Positions 12,311 through 25,000 of a stretch of DNA of 64,000 bases are shown one piece after another. Position 1 is the first letter of the stretch, and the number at the start of each line of letters is the position of its first letter. The position numbers and the translations under genes are program-made. Under the pieces are notes generated by a model. It did not search any database, had not been told where the DNA came from, and was given only the letters and a program-made list of their open reading frames with translations. The stretch comes from Diadema antillarum (lineage: Eukaryota): positions 2,542,001-2,606,000 of the forward strand of contig NW_027271698.1 of the NCBI RefSeq assembly GCF_040938485.1, read 5' to 3'.

Positions 12311-15300
12311 CGTGTGTGTTTGTGTGTGTGTGTTTATAAGGAAAAACGTACATATTTCCTGGAATATTTCCGCTATTCCCTCTCCAGTTTTAGCGCTCGC
12401 CTCGAGATGCACTGAGTCGTTTTCTCGTGCGTACTGCTCGACCAAACTCCGGCTCACAGCCCGCTGAGATTCCAGGTCTAACTTGTTTCCGATTACAAAG
12501 ATGAGAATATCTTCTGGAGCTTTCTTCCTTAGTTCGTCCATCCAGTATTCTATATCATCAAATGATTTCTTCAAATACAAATAAGTCATAATGAAATTAA
12601 AAAGGTAAGTTGTTCAGATCCATCTACGATATTGTATATAGAGACACCGAGCAAATAGTTATATTGAGAGAGTAGGGTTCTTCCTAACTGATTCTTTGAC
12701 TTTTAAAGACATGCGCTGTCAGGTAAAAACCAACGTTTCAGTACCAAGAAAAACATGCAAAAGGCGAATGAATTTTGAATTTTAGGCCCTATATCAATTT
12801 AACTTGACAAGTTCAGCAGAGATTAATTTAAATTTCATTGCATTCGAAATATGCAGAGTAAAGTGAATTAACATTTAACTCCTTCAAACAGAGTTAAGAA
12901 GGGAATGCAATGGCATCGGAATTGTATAAATAAATAAATGAATAAATGTAGAGTGATTCCCATTGCCTTCATTGCTAATAATATTGTCAGCATATTTTCG
13001 TAATTCCTCCGGCAAGGATGTACAAAGTGGTCATTACCACCAAAAAGGGGGGAAAACACGCACCTTACACAAATACACACATCGAAATCGCTTATCAATT
13101 TATTGTCATTTCAATATTATACGCATTGCTATTCTTACCTTATCTGCTATGCTGTAAACTAAAAGCGCTGCGGCGGCGTTCCTGTACATTATTGCAGCAA
13201 TTCCACGAAACTGGTATATGGGGAAGCAATATAACAAAATTATAGCAGTATGTACACGGAGAGAGGGTTCGATAGGGCACGATACTATATACACACATAA
13301 AAGGGTGTGTACACTTCTGGTCGAGGTGAAGATTGAGCTTTTAACGTTTTGTGAGATATTCAGAAACCACTCTATGAGATGTCAAAGAGCATGCAATTCT
13401 AAGGGGTATCAAAAGTTTATTCGATGAAAATCGGTTTTGAAATGGCTGAGATATCCAAAAACAAGGTGAAACAAAGAGATACTAATAAAGTTGGGGCATG
13501 TCGCCTTTTATTATCAGCACTTTTTTGGATATCTCAGCCATTTGAAAACCAATTTTCATCAAATAAATGTTGAATCCTTCTTAAAATTACATGCTCTTTC
13601 ATATTTCATAAGAGGCTTTTCATTATTGCACTTAGGAATGTTCAAAACATGAATCCCTACCTCAACCAGTACTGTACAGTTCCTTTAACTTTGAATCATC
13701 GCACTTCGTTTATTTGAGAAAATGGGACATCCAAATACAAGTACACGTGCTAATACTGTTCAGAATATCGTTTTTGTGTCTTTTTTTAATAGATGTATTT
13801 GATTTTTCATCGGCACTTTCTTTGAAAGAGCTATGAGTGTTTCTCATTGTTGTTTTTTTTCTCTCTCTTGGGACCCCTGAGAAATGTAAAAAGGAGATTA
13901 TAGATGACCTTTACGATCACAGAAAAAGTGCAAAAGATCCCTGATAGCTTTGAAAGTTAACTCTATGTTCAGGATTATTTTATTTTAGAAAAGAAAAAAA
14001 AATGTTCCGCAGAATGGGATGAGAGCTCACCCGAGATAGAAGGTACATTGAGCAGTGTTTCAGATTTCAGGGATGGGGGGGGGGGGGGGGGGGGTCTCCA
14101 GGGCCACAGGAAAAGCCCACGATAGGGGGATTCAGAAATTTGGGCAGTCCTTTAAATAGAGGGGTATCCTTTTATTTTAAAGAGCTGAAGGGAACGGGCA
14201 TACGTGCGTGTACCTTTAATTAGCTCTGAGTAAGAGGGCCGGGCGTCAACTCGCACACTAAAGTCCACGATGTTCTCAACGACAACAATTAGAATAAGAG
14301 TGTTACAATAGAGGGGCTTTACACTTTAATCAAGATGGCGATGATCATTCCCTTCTGAACGGTATATGCACCATCCGTTTTGATGTATAAACCCCCGTTT
14401 TAACCACCTCCCTATAGCCCGACCAGACGCCGTGCGATACTTGTGTACAGCGACAGGGCCGTGTATAGTCACCACCTCCCTGGTGTGTACTATAGGGGAC
14501 ATTTTCAATCTTTAATTTGTATGGTATACAGGTGACTGTTCTAAGACCACGGAGCTACAATCTCCATGATTCTATGATACTATGAAGTTCTTCGGTGAAA
14601 AAGAAAGAAAGAATTAACGTTCTCGGAGAGCTGGATTCTACATAAATAACACGATGCATTATTTACGTTCACTTACTCTTTCCTGCCCTGCTGTGTCCAG
14701 TATTCCCAGACGATACGTTGTGTCCTGGTAGTACACATCTGCGCTGGAATAAGCACCTCTGGAAAGAAAGAAAGTCACAGTTTAAGAATCCTTATGACAC
14801 AAGATAGTACTTAACATCATTGCACAAAGGGAGCTCTTTTATCCCCCTTTATTTCATTGTGTACTTCGTGAACTCCATTTTGTCCGTGCTCGAAGTATGC
14901 CCTATACATTTTGTATAATAATTATGTCGGACAAATACGAGCCGATTGTATACAGGACGGGAATTGCACGGGGTGCGGATTGTGGAACTTCATACTTCAT
15001 TCACGTCCCCTGACCGCCTTCTTCAGAAAAGACAAGAGGGTGACTTCTAAAGATTCAACTAGGCACCTTGATCAGGATGAGAAGGCAAGACAACGGGAAC
15101 CCATCATAGGCGGCGACCTATACGTACAACATAGTATTACGTTCTCATTTAGGCTGAGAACACTGTTAACATTGAAGAGAGCAAGGTACTATACTCTGAG
15201 TTTGTTTGTTTGTGTGTTTTGTTCGTTCATTTCCATCTGAGAAGATGACTGGATAGCCCATATTCAGCTACGCTAAGCTGGTCTTTTCCTTGGGTTCCAG

Positions 15301-16594
15301 TTGGATGTGAGGTGGGACCACTTCACCGGGTTAAACACCCTACTCTTTGCGATGAATGAATGAAGCGGGATCTTGAGTTGTGACTCTCTCATAATCATGG
15401 AACACGGGACCTCCATTTTATGTCCTATCCGAGGGACAGAGTGTTTTACCTATTGCTAGAGGGGACGGTATGATTACACACAACATTGCTCAGTCCAGAC
15501 TCGGGTTCGAACCCGGGTCCGTATAGGATCGTGAAGTAGACGCGCTACCGACTGAGCTAACTCACCGTCCTTTACAATTATCACTATCAAAACCAGGATG
15601 GATAAGCGTTCATTGTTGTGATATTGCTATAAATTATCATAACAATAAATTACTATACATACACACACACAGAAATGAGAAACAAAATACGCACACTCAC
15701 GAAAATAAACAGAAGCAAAATGCTGAACAAAATATAGCTTTACCCAATAGTTTCTTTGACATTTCCGTGAAAAGTTCCCGAGATGAATCGATTTATTATA
15801 CTTGTTTTCCCAACACTGCTCTCCTGAGGACAAAAAGGAAAGGACAAGGTGGACAGATGAGAAATAGAAGAACAGAACTCAAAGTGAAAAAAAAATCAAG
15901 GTACAGCTCATGATGCAATTGAAGAGCTTGTTTGCAAAAACCGATAAGTCCATATTTGCCAAATGGAGATATTTGCGATTAAAGGTCAAGAAAAATAAAG
16001 AGAATAATAAGAAAATTGTTGCTTCTTTTGACCATAACTTCAAAAATAAACCTTTATATGTAACGACCAATATATCATTTAAAAGATACTATTTTGTACT
16101 TTATGATAGAGATCGCACTTCAAAATCTTCAAAAATGGACTTATCGGTTTTTGCAAACAAACCCGTCAATTGCTATGGCTTGTTTACGTTCAATTTCTTT
16201 ATCGCGTTTTCAGTAGAAACGCATGATCTGATCTAAAAATCTATGCCCCTTTCTTCATTGATACTAAGACAGTGGTGGCGATTGACGCAGACTGCACGTA
16301 ATGAAATAGATGTCAAGGGTCATTGAGTAGAGTTCAACCCAAGGGAGGAAACAAAATCGAAGAATTGAGCAACTAGTGCACACATCAAGCAGATTGTCCA
16401 GCTATAATTTCATAAACTTTAAAGTACACTCGTTACACAGTCAATAGCAAAACAATAAGCAATCATCTTAACTTTGCATGACAAGGAGGTGGAAAATACC
16501 AGAAATACTTCATCATAGTATCGGTACATAATAACAAGGGTAACAATGACAAAATGTTAACAATGATGATTATGAAAATGTAACCCCTCAAGCA

Positions 16595-16650
<56 letters not shown>

Positions 16651-16804
16651 TAGAAGAAAGAGTCTAAAGTACGCCATGGATCCAACGATTACAAAATTTT
16701 TTATTACAAAATTTTGTAATCGTTGGATCCATGGCGTACTTGATAATACTTGATAAAAATTCTAATAATTACAACATTCGAAGTCCAACACGTGGAAAAT
16801 TCCA

Positions 16805-16846
<42 letters not shown>

Positions 16847-16972
16847 TTTCTTTTTTTTAGAGAGATAACGTTCATTCAAGTAAAGTGAAGGTCAATATAT
16901 ATTGCAAAGGACGTGTTCTATACTTACTCCCAAAAGACACACTTTATAGACGTTTCCATTAGCTCTGGCCAT
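11463..16972 (-). CDS. Rab22/Rab31-like small GTPase, paralog A (216 aa, 6 coding exons)
   Basis: Exons (minus): 16972-16928, 15823-15744, 14758-14677, 13210-13139, 12568-12352, 11617-11463. All introns are GT-AG and phases are compatible; 651 nt with no internal stop. Motifs: KVCLLGESSVGKT, ETIG, DTAGQER, NKLD, SAK, C-terminal GCRCRTS. Confidence 0.92.
13298..13688. mobile_element. TTAA-flanked foldback MITE (Kolobok-like)
   Basis: TAAAAGGGTGTGTACACTTCTGGTCGAGG matches the reverse complement of the right end (TTAAAGGAACTGTACAGTACTGGTTGAGG). Long internal inverted arms include GGCTGAGATATCCAAAAA / TTTTTGGATATCTCAGCC. Confidence 0.7.
15240..15570 (-). mobile_element. tRNA-derived SINE with Deu/Nin-like core domain
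   Basis: The minus-strand head has A box TAGCTCAGTCGG and B box GGTTCGAACCC. The body has CGCAAAGAGTAGGGTGTTTAACCCGGTG, resembling the DeuSINE core as I recall it. It lies in Rab A intron 2. Confidence 0.75.
16650..16810. mobile_element. Penelope-like pLTR remnant with inverted duplication, between (TA)n tracts
   Basis: Near-perfect hairpin at 16668-16740 with 33-bp arms. ACATTCGAAGTCCAACACGTGGAAAATTCCAAG is shared with 40148-40180. Both sides carry (TA)n. Confidence 0.55.
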
Positions 16973-18982
16973 GGCTGCATGTCGGCCGTATACCAGAAAG
17001 TCCCACAAGTATCGTGATTTGGATATATACTGATATAGGTCCAGTGTTTCCAACATGTCAAAGTCCAAAATGCCTGACGGTGAGTTTTTGTAGCTTGAAG
17101 GGGAAACCAAGATCTTTATTCTTCTCCTACGGTGCGTGGAACTAAGGCAAATAATACTGAATACTTAGCAAACATTGAAAGGAGACACAATAGGACATTA
17201 TGTCTACACGACCAACATGATTCAAGTATAACGGAAGAGGAGGAAGGATTTCCCAGACGATAGGATCGTTACGATGTTCAATCATGAAATATTGATCATT
17301 AATGTCATTGCCATTACAAAGCATTGACAAGTATTATCATGATCTTCAACAGCGTCAGAAGGAACAATACTAGTAAAACGACATGAATTATTTTGACAAA
17401 GCGAGTGGGAAATTCGTTGGCTCATCACTCTTGACTGCCTTTATAAAAAACATAATTATTAATAAAAAAATATCAATTCATAAAGCCCGCGGGTGCACTG
17501 TATCACATGAATGTTATGTTGTAGAGGAAAAGTGAATCATAAGTATAATCAGCAGTTGTGATGAAAATACAAACATTTTTGTAAAGTATAGGCCTATGTA
17601 GCTGTATCACCCAGCCTGCTGCCATGTTTTCCAAATGCTGCATTATTCATTTCATGTTGTTATCATTGTAACAGCAAAAGGTGATTTCATCCCGATATTA
17701 TGTTTCTTTGTATGAAAAAGGAAAAAAATCAGAGAAACAGCAGATCAGTGAAACACACACAATGACACATCAGTGACACACACACACACACTCACACACA
17801 CACACAAAGAAGAAGAAGTTATGAACTGAGAAAAAGTAGAGAGTAAAGCAAATTGGCAACTCTGTGTGACTATAGGCTTACACGGTGTGACGTATTGGTG
17901 TTGAGCAGCTCTTCATTCGTTTTGTACACAAAATCTCACAAATTTTTATTTTCTCAAATATTTTGCCACAGACAGAACTTAATCCGCTGGGGAAGATACA
18001 CAAACATTTTTTTTTCTAATATTTTACATCATTCTTATTGCATTCCAAGAACACATTCGAAGACAAATTTTCTCGTGAGCTCGTGAAAATTTATGACTTT
18101 TGGTGGACGAAAGAAATGGAAAGCTGCTCAACATCTATGGCACACAAAGTTTGCAATTTGTCTTGCCCTCCAAACTTTGACAGTATATAACTCTATGCCC
18201 CTCCCCTATAAATCTCACGTATTCACTTTATGATTTTTCTGTTTTCATACGAAGCAACATAAGATCAGCATGGAATTTCCTTTTAATTTTCTCCATTCCA
18301 TTCTCATACTCTTACCGTTGGTGGCAGCAAATCATCTCAACCTCCCTGGCTCAAACAAGACAGTCTCCATAGACGAGCATTCCATATTTCAATCACGAGG
18401 ATTGCTTGTTATGTATCAGCCCCCCCCCCCCCCCCCAAAAAAAAAAGGATCTCCAGAAGACTGAACGCAACGACAACATAACATTGACCTTATTTTTTTC
18501 TACCACGGGCTTGAAGAAAGACTAGGTGTAACGGCACAAGTGCGTCCGCCGAGGTAAAGTGCCCCGAAACCTAATTCCAATTTTCAGGCGATTTACATCT
18601 TATTACATCCAATTATAAGCAACACCCCGGGTCCTTTCCAAGGGTAGCGTGTAGATTGCCGTTATCTCGGTCTCTAATTAGATTGGAGCGGTGTTTGAAA
18701 GAAACGCGTGGACCGAGGAAGTAAATCACCTTGTTTATTATGGTTTCATTGGTATCGAGTCGAGAGTAAATCCCGAACTTTCACTCCGCTACAGAACTCT
18801 CCATCGGAAGGATGCGGGAGGATTATGGGCGTGGTCACTATACCAAAGTGGTGGAGGGGAGGAAAGAAGGACAGAGATGGGGTGAAATTAGTATAGTGTG
18901 CACCTTTGCCTCCACAAGAAGCATACAAAAGGCAGACACACATACACAGCCCCGTCATAATGAGTGAAGAAAACGAACGCAC

Positions 18983-19062
<80 letters not shown>
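18983..19062. repeat. Compound (CA)n(CT)n microsatellite
   Basis: Read directly from the sequence. Confidence 0.95.
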
Positions 19063-19068
<6 letters not shown>

Positions 19069-19289
19069 CCAAGGTATAAGAGGCAGGACTGTCTCTTGGA
19101 AGGGAAATGAAGGTTTATCAATTATCATTGGAGATCTGTTTTTACACGAGATCTATGGTATTTCCAGGGAGGTACTAGGTTCCCCTGTAGTACCTCCTTT
19201 GTATTTCTCTATGGGTGGTGGTCCTAAAAGTGATATTATTGGGTCCCATATGTACAAGAGTCCATACTCTGAGATGTGACAGATCTCAC

Positions 19290-19655
19290 TTAAAGGTCCA
19301 GTTTACCTTTGGGAGCAATGATTTCAAAAATGTTCAAGATATCACATTTGATGCATATGTGTAGGTCTGTTGTATCACAAAACATCCTACCATATACAAT
19401 TTTTGCAATAAAGCCTAAAATATGCGGAGATATCAGCATTTTTCTCAATAAACCATAACTGTATACGGTTTAGTCTGGAAGCATTCTTATTATAACTATT
19501 GTTCACATTTTGTGTATTTAACAATACTTAACATCGATTACACGGATTCAAATTTTTACAGTGGTTGTTTCTATCCCTAATTCACATTTTAGAACTAGTT
19601 TAAAGCACTAATGTTGGGTTTTGTTTCATCTACAAATGGTAAATTATGCCTTTAA
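19290..19655. mobile_element. TTAA-flanked MITE (Kolobok-like)
   Basis: TTAAAGGTCCAGTTTACCTTTG at the left end pairs with CAAATGGTAAATTATGCCTTTAA at the right end. Confidence 0.6.
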
Positions 19656-20044
19656 AGTGGACGTTGCAAAGCCGGTAATGTTGTCGGCTAAAATACAAAC
19701 TTGAATGATGACTTCTCGTAATCCCACGCCCTGTCACAAAACAATATTCAGAAAAAGGTGTCACCCCAGCACATTATGAATGCGGTTTATTGAGAAGTGT
19801 AAGTAAATAACTTTTTCTCTCTCACCTTGTCCTATACCTCTCTCAACGTCAATCTCTGTCTCCCGTTGTCCATTTACACCCATGCCAAATTCCATTCATA
19901 ATCGTTAATGGATGTACATATTTCATCTTTTCCATTCAAAATTTTTTAATAGTAATTTTCATGTTTAGACACCATTTCTTGCATTTCTCGATTCCATTTC
20001 TATTTTCCTTTCTTCTGATTTTGCCAATAACGGTAACTTGAACA

Positions 20045-22067
20045 CAACGGCGTAGCCAGGATTTCATCTTAGGGGGGGCGGTTAGTCTGCGAGGGAGCGA
20101 AGCGACCGAGCCCGAGCGAGCGTAGCGAGCGAGGGGGGGAGGGTGTGGGAGGGGGGTGTCCCCCCTGCCACGGTAAGAATTTTTTGCATTTTGATGTTGT
20201 AAATGGTGCAATTTGATGCATGTTTTAGCGCGTTTTATCGACGTGAAACAGTCCCACTTGTTTAAGGTAGCAGTATATTTTAGTGTAGATTATTATTGAA
20301 CAATTTGCCTATAAAATGGTATAATTTAAATACACTTCTTGTATTAATTCTTCACTGAATATCATGAACGCGACTGAACCCGAGCGAGCGGAGCGAGCGA
20401 GGGGGAAGGGGAGGGTGTGGGAGGGGGGTGTCCCCCCTCCCACGGTAAGAACTTTTTGCATTTTGATGTTACAAATGGTGCAATTTGATGCATGTTTTTG
20501 CGTGTTTTAACGAGTTGAAACAGTCCCACTTGTTTAAGGTTGCAGTATATTTTGATGTAGATTATCATTGAAGAATTAGCTTATAATATGGTATGATTTA
20601 AATAATCTTCTTGTATTAATTCTTTTCACTGAATATCATGAACGCAACTGAACCCGAGCGAGCGGAGCGAGCGAGGGGGAGGGGAGGGTGTGGGAGGGGG
20701 GTGTCCCCCCTCCCACGGTAAGAACTTTTTGCATTTTGATGTTGCAAATGGTGCAATTTGATGCATGTTTTTGCGCGTTTTATGGACGTGAAACAGTCCC
20801 ACTTGTTTAAAGTAGCAGTATATTTTGATGTAGATTAATATTGAACAATTTGCCTATAAAATGGTATAACTAAAATATACTTCTTGTGTTAATTCTTTTC
20901 ACTGAATATCATGAACGCGACTGAACCCGAGCGAGCGGAACGAGCGAGGGGGGGGGGGGGGGAGGGGAGGGTGTGGGAGGGGGGTGTCCCCCCTCCCACG
21001 GTGAGAACTTTTTGCATTTTGATGTTGCAAATGGTGCAATTTGATGCATGTTTTTGCGCGTTTTATCGACGTGAAACAGTCCCACTTGTTTAAGGCAGCA
21101 GTATATTTTGATGTAGATTATTATTGAACAATTTGCCAATAAAATCTTATCATTTAAATAATCTTCTTGTATTAATTCCTTTCACTAAATATCATGAACG
21201 TGACTGAACCCGAGCGAGCGGAGCGAGCGAAGGGGGAGGGGAGGATGTGGGAGGGGGATGTCCCCCCTCCCACGGTGAGAACTTTTTGCATTTTGATGCT
21301 GCAAATGGTGCAATTTGATGCATGTTTTTGCGCGTTTTATCGACGTGAAACAGTCCCACTTGTTTAAGGCAGCAGTATATTTTGATGTAGATTATTATTG
21401 AACAATTTGCCTATAAAATCTTATCATTTAAATAATCTTCTTGAGTTGATTCCTTTCACTGAATATGATGGACGTGACTGAACCCGAGCGAGCGGAGCGA
21501 GCGAGGGGGGAGGGGAGGGTGTGGGAGGGGGGTGTCCCCCCTCCCACAGAGCTAGAGCTTAGGGGAGCTTAGGGGAAGGGGGATTCCCCCTCCCGCTCGC
21601 GGAGGTTTTGCATTTTTAGAATTGAAATAGAGCGATCTGGGTATAGCCACAGTCTACTTCTATGCATGGCGGAAGGGGGGGCGGGCGAGCAGGGAGAAGG
21701 CGTGGGCGAGTGTTTCCACCCTTCCCTTCCGATGGAGCTTTTGCCTTTTTAAGGTTGAAAATCTTGGTAAATCTAAAAAGTGTACTAAGCTAGGGAAAGA
21801 GGCACAGAGGGGGAGGGTTTGGGAGGGGGATACCCCCTCCCAAGCACGAGAGATTTTGCATATTTTGAATTGAAATTCAACGATCTGGTGCACACTTTGA
21901 GTGAAATATTCAAAAAAATATCTTATTTGATGAAAGGTTGCAAAGGAGACCCGCTTCATGTGCATGCATACAGTATACACGCATTTTTTTTTCCGCCTCC
22001 CAAATCCCCGGTCCAAATCTTAGGGGGGGCGACCGCCCCCATCGCCCCCCCCCTGGCTACGCCAGTG
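20045..22067. mobile_element. Non-autonomous hAT DNA transposon with 8-bp TSD
   Basis: TIRs are CAACGGCGTAGCCAGG and CCTGGCTACGCCAGTG. A perfect direct repeat CTTGAACA flanks it at 20037-20044 and 22068-22075; an 8-bp TSD is typical of hAT. Confidence 0.85.
20100..21548. repeat. ~275-bp tandem array (5 units plus a partial) inside the hAT element
   Basis: GAACCCGAGCGAGCGG recurs at 20375, 20650, 20923, 21206 and 21480, with a variant copy near 20107. Confidence 0.92.
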
Positions 22068-25000
22068 CTTGAACAACGTTTAGCATTAAAGGTCTTCCAT
22101 CTCACCACCAAACACATGTCCATTTCAAAATTTGAGTTGTCATCAGAAAAGAATACGTCATATTCTACGTCTCCGCTTTGGCAGCAGGAAATGAATATGA
22201 TGTTTCAAGTATATAGTCCTAACTGCGTGTTTTTGGAGACAGGACAAGAACGGCGAAAGAACAGAAACATAAAATACCCACATTCTTGAAATTGATCCTT
22301 ACAACATGACCATGAATAGAGATTAGTGACGGCTCTACTACAATCAGGAGAACAGTTCACCTTTTACACGTTATGTATGAGGAAGCGTTGCAGAAAAAGA
22401 CTGCAGGACGGTTAAAAAGAAGAGCAAGGAGACTACAATGATGCTGCAACTTTAGAGCTGACGAAATGAAGTGATGATACAAGACACAGGCAGCAGTTAC
22501 ACTCCCGCCTCCAGCGATGGTGGGTGTCGTTATTATGTTACAGACTACCCAAAAGGGGACGTGTACTTTTCTCCTCCAAACTGCAGTTTCAATTTTACGT
22601 ANNNNNNNNNNNNNNNNNNNNNNNNNNNNNNNNNNNNNNNNNNNNNNNNNNNNNNNNNNNNNNNNNNNNNNNNNNNNNNNNNNNNNNNNNNNNNNNNNNN
22701 NNNNNNNNNNNNNNNNNNNNNNNNNNNNNNNNNNNNNNNNNNNNNNNNNNNNNNNNNNNNNNNNNNNNNNNNNNNNNNNNNNNNNNNNNNNNNNNNNNNN
22801 NNNNNNNNNNNNNNNNNNNNNNNNNNNTACTAGTGATAACAATAGTAATAGAAATAATTACCCCCCAAAATTGTAAGTTGGCCAGGGCAGAATCTTCAGT
22901 GTTATAGCACTACTCATTCCATAAGGACCTGCCATGGGCCTATTGTTATTCGCCCAGCACTACAAGGTATGAAGATAAAAACAGCTTGTCTATTTATCAT
23001 TCCCCTCTCGAGTCTGGGTCTTCGTAGCGTAGTGTTGAAAATTATCACCATTACAGAAGTTAGCAATACCATCAATCATTGTACTGTCCTTACGCTTTGT
23101 CATCATATTCACTAAATTGCTATTGCGTCTTTTTAGTGTGGATGTTGTTCTTTTTGCCAACATTGTTATGTTAATGTTTCACACTAAACTTTGTAAAAAC
23201 ACATACCGCTGTATGATCAGCTGATGATTGCAAAAGGAGCAAGCAGAGGAATTGTTTCGCGAAACATGTCAATAATTCAGATTTATCCCCCAAACAAATC
23301 TTCCTTTACACCTTTGCAAAGCGTCTTTTTCAAAGACTGCTTTAAACAATTCAGAACCATGTCTTCCTTTCCAAGTCATCGAGTTAGTTGTTTCAAGGGA
23401 TTTTACCTATACACTGTATTGCAAAATTGTAGATTTTAAATGGTTTAAAATATGAATTTTAACACCATTGTAATACATGGTGTAATACATGGTGATTACG
23501 TTCTGTTGTGTATAATTATTTATTAGCATTCTCTTTGTTTTTAATTCTGAAATTCAAAGTGTGCCAAGCTTCAGAAGTGAATGTAGATGCCATTGTACAA
23601 TGTTATTAATAAACCTGAAGGCGGGACTGTTGATCTAAAACTACACTACCGTGCGTGGTCATGTTAGTAGGCAAAGGTTCATTAAAACCTTATCTATCAA
23701 CTCGAAAGTTGGTTACGATTGTTTTTCCCTATTCTTGACATCCATATTAACAAGGATTTAACTTAGGAAACTGTTCTTACGTCAAAAGTCACTGTCAGCG
23801 GGATGCCCAGTCGCGCGCTCCTCGCCGGACGAGAACGGCCCGCGGGGCTATCATCTCTCGCTCCGCACCCTCACGCCTCATTAGACAAGGAGATTTGAGC
23901 AAGCGATTAGCCTGCGGCTTCTCGAGTAGAATCGGCGGGAGGATCTCACCTACCAGTAGATGAAATGTTCCGCTCAAATCCGACAATTAGTGCTGGCTGA
24001 CTTCTTTCTTACCTGGTCGGAGCGAAGACTCTTCCCCCATTCAGCACCCCCCTCCTCTTGACCGGTCGTAAGCCTGCTAGCATGACACGCGCACACTATA
24101 CACATGTAAACGCTGTAACGCAATAAAGCATTTGTCCAAACCTCCTAGAATACCGAGCCACACATTTTTTTTTTACTACGAGATGGTGAGATCCGTGTGG
24201 AAGAAAGGGTGATGAATGTGGTGGTGTGATGATTATGGACGTTCGATGGTGACTGTGACGTTGGTGATGATAACAACGATGATTATGTGATGACGCTGAT
24301 TTTATTGTAGTGATGTAATGCTACTGAAAAGGTTGAAGAGATAATGACATGGAACTAAAAAATATATTCTATGATCACAACGAAAATGATATATATGAAT
24401 ATGGAGTTGCCTGAAAATGATCTCAAAATAAGCGTAAACTAAACTTTTTTCTATATTATTTTCTTTGTCAATATGATTTTTATTCATATAAAATTTTCAA
24501 TCATTTTGATAGTATAAATCAAGGACTGACATTGTAATCTTTACATCACCAAGTGTCTTCTTGTAGCAATCTGTCCACGTACAACTTATCCAGAATCGTC
24601 ATCCGGCCCTTGCAATGTAACGAGGCCAGCCGGAGCAGCATCGACTCTGATCTCGCCGCTCTGATTGGCGAGAAGAATAAACGGGGCGTGGTTAAAGTTG
24701 GCATGCAAAGCGAAGCGATGGTCAGAAAACTTTCTCACCTGAAGTTATCACCTTGGCGACCTTCAGGAGACAGCAAGCAGGCGCCTGTTGTCTGCCTTAT
24801 AATCCTGATACATCTGCGCTGTAATTTCAAAACTTCAAGTTTATTTTAGAGGAATTGCAATTTCTTTGGACTCTCTTCAACTTCAAGTACGAAATACTAG
24901 TACATCCTCGATCTACCGATACACGACCTGCTGGAGATTTTGATGACCATTCTTCTGTCGGAGCACCGGTATTCGGTTATCTGCAGACATCTGCAATCCT

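Noticed and set aside
15490-15570. tRNA gene
   Set aside because: It has A/B boxes but no acceptor stem and continues into a SINE body. The arms at 55678-55956 are rejected as tRNA genes for the same lack of an acceptor stem.
17054-17056. In-frame upstream ATG that would add 28 aa (MLETLDLY...) to Rab A
   Set aside because: The frame is not conserved in B or C, where it is shifted. All three copies have an AG at the equivalent of 17030-17031, so this ATG is probably intronic.
18530-18575. Possible HDV-like ribozyme (GGCAC...GTGCC...CGAAA)
   Set aside because: I could not build the nested P1/P2/P3/P1.1 double pseudoknot.
20100-21548. CRISPR-like array
   Set aside because: Whole units are near-identical with no unique spacers and the context is eukaryotic. 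The same applies to the 157-bp and 325-bp arrays.
22357-22907. Long ORFs spanning N-runs or microsatellites (also at 7.7, 18.7-19.1, 27.4, 39.8, 41.3 and 47.0 kb)
   Set aside because: They are artefacts of assembly gaps and simple repeats.
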